From the NCBI GenBank assembly GCA_964187785.1, contig OZ076409.1:89778001-89842000 (forward strand): DNA of 64,000 nt, read 5' to 3'. Source of the stretch: Amphiscolops sp. MND2022 (lineage: Eukaryota). The notes beneath the pieces were generated by a model. It made no database searches. It saw nothing but the letters and a program-made list of their open reading frames with translations, and was not told where the DNA came from. The translations under genes were made by a program, and so were the position numbers. Numbering within the stretch: position 1 is the stretch's first letter; every line of letters begins with the position of its first letter. Below are positions 55,711-64,000 of this stretch, one piece after another.

Positions 55711-57208
55711 GGCTCAAGTGATGAAGGCGAAAAGGGAGGAAAATATCCCGGTGCTTAGCGGGCGTCTTGTTTGTATCATTTCGTAGTTAAAAGGGCTGAA
55801 TCATTATTAAATGACTTTTTTGAACCATTGTGAGAAGGGAAGTACATCTCGGATTCTCGTCTAATGTTTTGGAGTAAGCTGGAACAGTAATCAAACTGTC
55901 AAGATATTTTCACTTGGTGGCCGCGTCTTTTTGATGGGCTGAAACAAAGGAGGAGCGGATAGGGTTCTGCTCCGACCCTTTGAAAAAATACCGTGTCCAA
56001 AAGGCGCATTATGATTTTTTCAAAGATCTCAAAATTGGCCAATACGAAATTCCTGAAACTTTGCATGCGGCCCCCAATTGGTGAGCAACGAGATATGCGC
56101 AAAAAACGTACGCAAAAGTGGTCATTTTTCAAATTTGAGAGCCCATATCTCGTTTCGAGGTGCCCGGAACGTTTCGCACGTCTTCGTCAATATTGCTCAG
56201 CGGTGTTGAAGTGTGTGGACAAATTTTCGTCCAAATCGGACGAAAATTGTTTGAGTAATAACCGCTTTTTTGACGATTTTTTTTCCTCAATTTTTCGTAA
56301 TTCCAGTCGTTTTTGCCGTTTTTTTGCCCAAATTTTTTTCCGAGACCCTCCCTTAAAGGCCTCCCCTGGCCGAAATTCTTCCCAGCAAAACCATTTGGTC
56401 CTTTTGCCGCAGTTTTAGCGTTCCAAGTTTTTCCGGGCAAAAGATAAATGACTCAATTTTTTCAAAAATTTTCATACAACTTTCAATTTTTTTTTAAACT
56501 TCAGGACCTCCCAAAGTCAAGAAACTTCCACACAACTAGGATTGCAAGTGTGTGCATGTGGAAAGCCCTTGAAATGAGGAGAAAAGTGCCGTAAAAACGT
56601 CTCTCTATCTTAACTTGACGTTGACTCATGATTTTTTGAGTGTGAACTTGATATGTGGAAAAAATTTCAAAAACTGAAAATGGAAGCTATGTCTCGTCGA
56701 AAACTCATCGAAACACGTTCAATCCTCCCCAGAGCTGTGCAATTGACGTTGTATAATACAGCAACACCATTCAAGGTCTTTTGATGCATTTTGATAGATT
56801 TTGAAACCGTCTTAGCAGGATCACAATGACCTTCCAAAGATCACAATCCTTGTTATTTCAGCCACATAAACACGATGCCGCGATGTTCAAACCATTTTGT
56901 CATAAATTTATTCGACGTACAAATACCAACGCCCACCGTCCGTAGGCATGCCGAGGCGTGCTTTTCGACGACGTATGCCAAATGCCACGCAGTCTTTTCC
57001 CCTGCGTGCCATGGCGAGGAACTTTGATCTGCTTGCTTGACTAACACTCATAGCAGCAAAAAATGTTGATAATTTTGACAAAAAGCGAGTATTGCTCAGA
57101 AGTTAGACTTCATAGACGGCCCGGCTACTATACTCCTACTAAGCTGTCCTAAGGGCCTAGCATTTAGTGAGACCGAAGATTGGGGGCTTCTATTACTATT
57201 CATTTAAA

Positions 57209-57568
57209 GGGTAGCATATTTGAGGCCCAAAAAATTGAGGTCCGAAGCTAGTGTAAATTGAGGCCCGATCAATTCGGTGACTATTAGCGTCAGATAATAT
57301 TATATTAGCAAATATTTATTTAACTTGATTTATTTGATGAGGTTAGCATCTTTGTTGTATGGCTCGGTCGCTTCGCTCCCTTCGCCAAATAGCAACATTG
57401 AGACATGGCCACGTGGCACGTCGCTCCGCTTCGCTCCTGCATTTAGGGCACTAGGGGTATGTGAATATAGCTGACTACGTTATAATAATAATTTCAACGA
57501 ACAAATTTTCGGTCCTCAGATAACATTTCATTATCGGGCCTCAGTTTTCGGGCCTAAATAAACGTTCC
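57209..57568. mobile_element. Foldback MITE (GAGGCCC arms) carrying cassette B
   Basis: TSD CATTTAAA/CATTGAAA (one mismatch), GG...CC ends, cassette B at 57351-57485. Confidence 0.8.
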
Positions 57569-58107
57569 CATTGAAAATAATTAATCTCAGATGTGAAAAA
57601 GTGGTTGAAAAAAACTACCCCGTGAAGATTCGAGATGAATCAAGTGTTTCACTGGAGAAGATATCCAAAGTTTGAACAAAATTAAAGCCACTTTATTCGC
57701 AAAAATTCAATTATTTTCAACTGACTTTTTGTCGCGAACTTTATCGTTTGTAGTTTCATTTTTGTTATTGATATGGATGAGTGATTGTCAAAAATTTCTG
57801 GTGGAGGTTCTTTGCCAGCAAGAGCCCTATAGACACCACTTAAGAGCTGCAAGTAGTTTGGGAAATGACTGTACGATGCCCTTGGAGTAAGAGACGAAAA
57901 TCGACGATAAGCATCCTCTCAGCGGGCTCTTACTACCTCAAGTATCCGTGTGCCATTCTCCAACCAATACTTCACTTCGATGTTTCACACAACCTTAAAA
58001 GAATTCAATGCTATTGGCTGATTCACTTATCTTGCTCGCTCTTTAAAGCATCGAAGCTCAGTCAAGATTTTGGTGCTTTCAGCGAAAAGATCCAATTTTG
58101 CGCTTAT

Positions 58108-59128
58108 TACACTTGCGATAAGCTAGTGTTATGGGAAAGTGCGGGTGCTTTTTTTCTGCGCGACAACTCTCTCGTTTCAGCCCGCAAGTCGCTCAGTTCA
58201 GGCGTTCGTGGTCTAGTGGTAAGATGCTTGCTTTTCAACCCAGAGGGTTCGTGTTCGAACCCGTGAGTATGCGCTATTTTTTTACAAGTACTCTGAAGCA
58301 GAAGGTTCTCCCTTTTTCGGCACTATGAGACTCCTCCTTTTTTCGGCTTTGTAAGACTTTTTTTCGAAAATTTTCTAATGTCCTCAAAGGGTCCTCCCTT
58401 CAATTTGTTTTGATATTTTGCAAAAGAACGAATGTTAAAAAATCCCAAAGGGTCCCTTCTTTCAGATTTTTCGGCACTGTAAGACTGTTAAAAATTCTTT
58501 TTTTTCGAAATTTTTCCAAAGACTCCAAAGGTTCCCCTTCAATTTTTTTTGAAATTTTGCAACGGAATGCTTGTTAGAAAATCTCAAAGGGCCCCCTTTT
58601 ACAGTTTTCGGCATTGTGAGAAATTTCAAAATGAATAATTTTTGTCTTAAAATTAGGTTTTCTGAGGCTTAGCACGCTATATCCGAATTTTGTTTTTTTT
58701 TTCAAGACCGGCGTTTTTTTCTATGCTACTTTTTTCTAATTTGTTTTCATCGAAGCCCCCCTCAATCTTTACCTAAAATGAAACGTTTTGCGTGCATAAA
58801 GGACTGCTCAAGGTTTTCAGCACTATGCGACTTACCGGAGATCCTCTTCAAAAAATTTTTCGAAAAATTTCGACATTTTTTCCTTATTTTCTGTTTTTTT
58901 AATGTTTCCGGTTGAGAGAGATGGGTTTCTTGCTGTTTCGAGTTGGAAAAGAATGGTTTTCGAGATTTATGCGTATCCCTTCGGGTATTTTTTGGCGCTG
59001 TAAAATTGATGAAATTTTAACAATGTCATTTTACACTTGGTTCTCCGTATGATTTTGCTTATTTGCTTTTCTTCAAAAGTTCGCAACCTTCTGCGCAAGT
59101 GTTTGCGAAGGACGGCTTCGCCTCTGTG
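58108..59128 (+). mobile_element. Helentron/DINE-like family 2 copy with tRNA-like cassette (58201-58273)
   Basis: Sub-TIRs and 3' stem-loop as at 17235. A box TGGTCTAGTGG, B box GTTCGAACCC. Confidence 0.72.
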
Positions 59129-61576
59129 TAATGAGACTTGTTTTGAGAATTCGGTCTAGAATTGAAGGTTCTTTTCTAGGATTTTATCAACATCTTTCAA
59201 AAATTATGGGCATGCTCGTATTTTTGGAATTTTTTGCTGATTTTTTGTTTCGTTACGTGAAGAAAATGAAAAATCTCAGTATTAGAACAATTAGTGTTTT
59301 TTTGCAATAGTTTCCGCCTGATGCTACCAGAATTTTCCCAGTGGTTATCACGACTGTCTAATGTGGGTGGCTTGGAAGCAGAAGTGCGCCGGTTCGAATA
59401 CTGCGCGGATTGTTTGTTTTTTTTTGTCTTTGCAAAGATTAACAAGACCGAAGTGTCCCTTGGGGTTTTCGGTAATGCAACTTTTGTCGAGAAAAATTTT
59501 TGGTCAGTTTTTTTCAAAAGTTAGCGTTACATTTCAATTCACTAGCGTTCTCCTCATGGGTTTTTTGTCGTTTTCAGTTAGAAAAAGTTTTTTGAGCCTT
59601 AAAGGGCCCAGATTTTGTTTTTCACTAATTAGTTACGGGAGGTTCATCATGTCGAACTTATCTATCTTGTCAAATCGAACTAAATTAGTTTTCGCAGGAA
59701 ACGCAAAGTTCGAAGAAAAATGCGCTGAATCCGGATTGTCTTAGATCTTAGATAATATAACCGCTCTCCGACTTAACACCTTCAACGCATTTTAAAATGC
59801 GCTTTCTCCAAATTTCAACGTTTTTTTTTCGAAATTCTATTTTGGAACTCTATGCATCTGTAGAGTCAGTTTCAAATATTCCCACTTCTGTGGAACCATT
59901 GAGGATTGAAGGCGTCTGATTTTCTTTTTAAAGGCAAATTAGCAGAATATTCTAAAAATTCCACATTAAATTGCCTCAGCTGAAATATTATAGAAGCGGT
60001 AAATTTGATTTTTTTTTCCAATATATCTATTAGTCGCTCCATTTGTTATCCAATTTCGATTGGCTACTAAAAGTCTTCAGTTCGTTTATTTATATCTCGT
60101 GTGATTAAACCAACGAGTTTTAATTATTCTTTCACCGAGTGCTTCGTCTGCATTCAAATATTGAATTTGGACCATGTTTAGTCCGAGAAGAATCAAATGC
60201 GGTGTTAATTGTTTGCTATAGAGCTGTAAAATGAATTATTAGGAGTGTATAGGTATTTCAGATCTGGTATTATTGAACTTTGAAGTCAATCATTAATATA
60301 TCCTAAAGTAGAAATGGATCTCTTTTACTATGCCCCCCCTATATCAATCGTTACACTATGTCCCCCCTAGAGAAAAGAAATGTTTGTGGCGCATTTATAT
60401 TTATCTCCTATTGGCTAATTTCTCATGCTATTCTGTCAATCAATTGATGTCGTCATAACTAACGACACTTTTTATTGGTTCTTATTATCAAAATCCCCAC
60501 TCAGCCAATCAGCATTGTTGATAGATAGACTTGATACATGTATTTAAAGTCTTTCACTTTGTCCTGCCCAGGGACCGCAATTCACTGCGGCCGTTAACCG
60601 AAAATTCTGCTTCTCTCATCTAAGCAATCTGCTTTTCACTGCTCATCTCTAAATTTTAGGTGAAATTTACTTTGAATCACTTTATTTATCCAATTTGAAT
60701 CATTTATTTGAATCAACTTGAATTATTCGTCAAATTTGAATAGTGAAATAGTTGTTGCTTGGATTTGGAGATGTTTTTCGAAGTTTCACAAATTCGTTTA
60801 CAGCTGGAATGAAAAGAAAATTTTTGATGTATTTTACCGAATTTTGATTCAACACATGGGAGCGTGAAACAATATTTTCAGTTTGATCTCTGAAAAACAC
60901 TTGTTTCCCATTTATCTCAACCACTGCCTTGTTAAATTCATCGCTGCTTTCAGCCAACAATTCCGCCGTTCACTGCTTTTCACTGCCATAGCAGTGAATT
61001 GCTGTCCCTGGTCCTTCGATATATTTAAGAGCGTTACACTTTGTCCTCCCTTTTTGCTATTATGGGGGGGGACGTAGTGAAAGAGATCCTTGAATTTCAA
61101 GCCGGGTTTATTTGCGGCACAGTGGCGCTTTTGTTTCAAAAAATTGAAACTTCACAAAAAGGTCCCCGGCCGCCTTTTGTTTTCTTCATGCCCCGCTGTT
61201 TTTTCATTCCACCAAAGTGTTTTTCTGACTTTTCTAATGAGAAAGTAATTTTCAGCACGAATTACACTGAATTTTCACGAAAAACCGCCTTTTAGCATTT
61301 TTGAAAGTCGGAAGAAAACCTTTCTCCGGTTTTCAAAATCCAAAAGCCGCAAATTTCTTGCTAGAAAAGTTCAGCCAAATTTTTGATTTTCTGGCTTCCA
61401 ATCAAGGAACGATAATTATGCTTCGTGAAATTAATCAAACCTTAAGATTGATTGCAGCCGAGCCATTTGGTTTGAGTGGAGATTTTTGAAAAATACTTGA
61501 ACCAAAGTAGCAAAGTTCGCCGACGACTCAAGTGTTTTTCTCCGAATTTTTGACTGATTTCCTCTGGAAATATGCG

Positions 61577-61776
61577 TAGAGGCTCGTTATGTAAATAGAA
61601 TCAACTTTTTTTGAAATTTTGGAGAAGTTTCTAATTGTCAGAAAAAATGCTGTATGATTTGTATCCTACGCCAATCTAGAGGCTCGTTATGTAAATAGAA
61701 TCAACTTTTTTTGAAATTTTGGAGAAGTTTCTAATTGTCAGAAAAAATGCTGTATGATTTGTATCCTACGCCAATC
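61577..61776. repeat. 100-bp tandem duplication
   Basis: 61577-61676 appears identical to 61677-61776. Confidence 0.92.
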
Positions 61777-64000
61777 ACTTCTGCCACCTGATGCAAAAAA
61801 AACGTGTTAGAGTTCTCAGGAGTTAGATCTGAGTCCACCCACCCCCCACGAGCATCGGAGACTCCTGGACCTGAAAAATCCAGCATCGGGTGTGCAGAAG
61901 CTTTAATTCCACCATGTGAAGAAAATTCCACCATGAGTTTCACGTTCCGAAAATTCAATTGTTTTTGTCACCCGAATCTATCGAGTTGTGCCATCTAGCC
62001 GCGGAATTTTTGTGGAAGTCTGCGATTTATAAAAAAATATGGATTTTTTTGAACAATTTTCAGATCTGAAATTCCTGCGAAACTTGCTGTTCAAACAAGA
62101 AGGTTTCGAGGAAAAGCTTCGGTCTTGTGCAAAAGCATTTTGCCTCTAATTATCTATGATTTCATCGCGAAAACTTACATGGAAAAGTTGGATGAACTTT
62201 ATTCGCAATTGTTTTGGAGTTGCATCGAAGAGGTCGACTCTATTAGTTGATCACTTTCTCTTTCTGAACTAAGAAAATGATTCCCATCGTTTGCTGAAAC
62301 CGTGTTGTAACAAGGTAGGGAAAGTACTACTGTGCCTCTTTTTCCAGTATCCACCTGGGCTTGCAGTTTGCTCTAAGCCTTGTGAAAGTGTAAGTGAATA
62401 TATGGTTTATTATTTATTGGATTGATTGTTATAGAAACGGCGAATAATTGTGCCCCGGTGAACGAGGGATCACCGCAAGCTGAAATTCCCGGCAAGATTC
62501 GGGAAAAGTTCAGAGTTCGGAAGTTGACAATAGACAATATAGTTAAAGGCCAACAAAGACAACCTGAACTGCCAAAGAGTTGGTCATCTCACTCTGCAGA
62601 AGCCAGCAATTCTACACAAAACGACGGTACCATGTCTCGCCATGCTGCAAACAGTGATCTCATTGAGACGGTTAGTTGTGGACAACCTTTTAGTGAATAA
62701 ATTTGTAAATTGGAAGCTGAGAGTAATTTTGATACAGATCATCAACAACTGACAGCGACCTTCGTTTGATCTTGGGTAAATTGAACTTTCTTCGGTAAAT
62801 CTGCACTTCATAGCCTAACAATAGATGAATAAGTATTTGAATGTTCATTATACTGCTCACACTTATTAAAAAAACTTCGATTTGATTTAATTTCTGCGTT
62901 TATTTTTTGTTTCTATTTATTAGTAGTTTAACAAAGTACATTTCTGCTGATTGACTTGCTCTTTTGAGAGTAAAGATGCAGTGTCAATGCTTGGTTGTAC
63001 TAGCCACTGTTGCTCGGAATCCTAACTACTGACTCATGTGCTTAGATATCCAAGATTAATATTCAAAACGTTATCGTTTCGAACACGTGATTTTCTTGTT
63101 CAGCATACAATTTTCATGAGATGCGTGAAATTATTGACTTTTATTGATTTTGATTGTGTGTTGTAGTCGGAATGTTCGTGGGTGAACTAAGTAGAACAGC
63201 GAAAAAATCCTTTGGTGTTCCCAAATGTTCTGCTAAATTGTTAACTTTTTGCTAAATGAAATACCCTACAACCAATCTTATTCATAACTGACAGCCGAAA
63301 TCGTTGTATTCGAAGTTTCGAAGCCATTTATTACCTGGCGGTGAACTGAAACGGAAGTAGACAGAACGGAGAAGTGAACATGAATGGTGAACTGAATTAA
63401 TCTGAACTGATCAAAGAAGATCACTTTTTAGCCGGCGCTTTATGAAATGAAACGCAACTATTCTTTTTGCATTTTGTCGAAGTGACCGAAACAGTTATGT
63501 AACGGCCGCTCAAATCTTACAGCGGAATTGAGCTTTCTGCCGGTCCCTGATCCTTCCCACTTCTTCGGCCAAAAGCAGGAACAAACTTTCTAAAGGACTG
63601 TATCTGTTCAATGAGTTCTCAGCTGCTAGCGGCTTCGTGCTCCTCAACACCAGACTCTTCAGGCTAAGCAACACTTCGATCCCAATCCCTCTTTTGACTG
63701 GAAATCTGCTTCACCTCTTGTTGTCCGGAGGTCGTACGCTCAACCACAGCAACTGATCGTCCCCAACGGATTGTTTCCACCCAAGCCTCCAAAGAGGGTT
63801 GTCGTTTCAATTGAATAGCTCTTACGATGAGCTTTTAATCTCGCTACTACGATGAGCGATAATAGAACGCTTTCCTAGATCTTAGACCTACTACGCCTAA
63901 TGAAGCTATTTCAAGAGTACTTTTCTGATTGATTTGGACTCCTAAAACAGCTGATCGTTTATTTTTTCGATCGTTGAGTAGTGCAATGCTACCCTCCCAG

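Noticed and set aside
58201..58273. Functional tRNA gene
   Set aside because: A and B boxes are present, but the acceptor and anticodon stems pair poorly and it is embedded in a repeat.
63490..63830. GC-richer possible exon
   Set aside because: Stops in all plus-strand frames examined and no identifiable product.

Overview
AT-rich, repeat-dense eukaryotic DNA, almost certainly from an invertebrate animal (spliceosomal introns, metazoan-type genes and transposons), with one 200-N gap at 33493-33692. Three host genes are supportable: a five-unit polyubiquitin (three introns at the same codon, one GC-AG), a four-exon cathepsin L-like protease, and an intronless NAT9-like acetyltransferase with a Cys-rich insertion. 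The rest is a nested transposon landscape: three Penelope-like elements (PLEs), APE-type LINEs, CRE-like REL retrotransposons with an N-terminal PHD finger, Helentron/DINE-like elements, hAT and Tc1/mariner MITEs, GG...CC foldback MITEs with 8-bp TSDs, and local duplications (921 bp dispersed, 417 bp x4, 4385 bp x2). Strongest leads: (1) a PLE with an in-frame PHD finger inside the RT core, just before YVDD; (2) a minimal hammerhead ribozyme downstream of each of the three PLE ORFs, two of them U3-A8 core variants; (3) two related GC-rich cassettes that recur at the centre of foldback MITEs with unrelated arms; (4) two copies of one Helentron-like family carrying different tRNA-like cassettes at the same position. 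All calls were read by eye with no database search. Element ends without a TSD are approximate.
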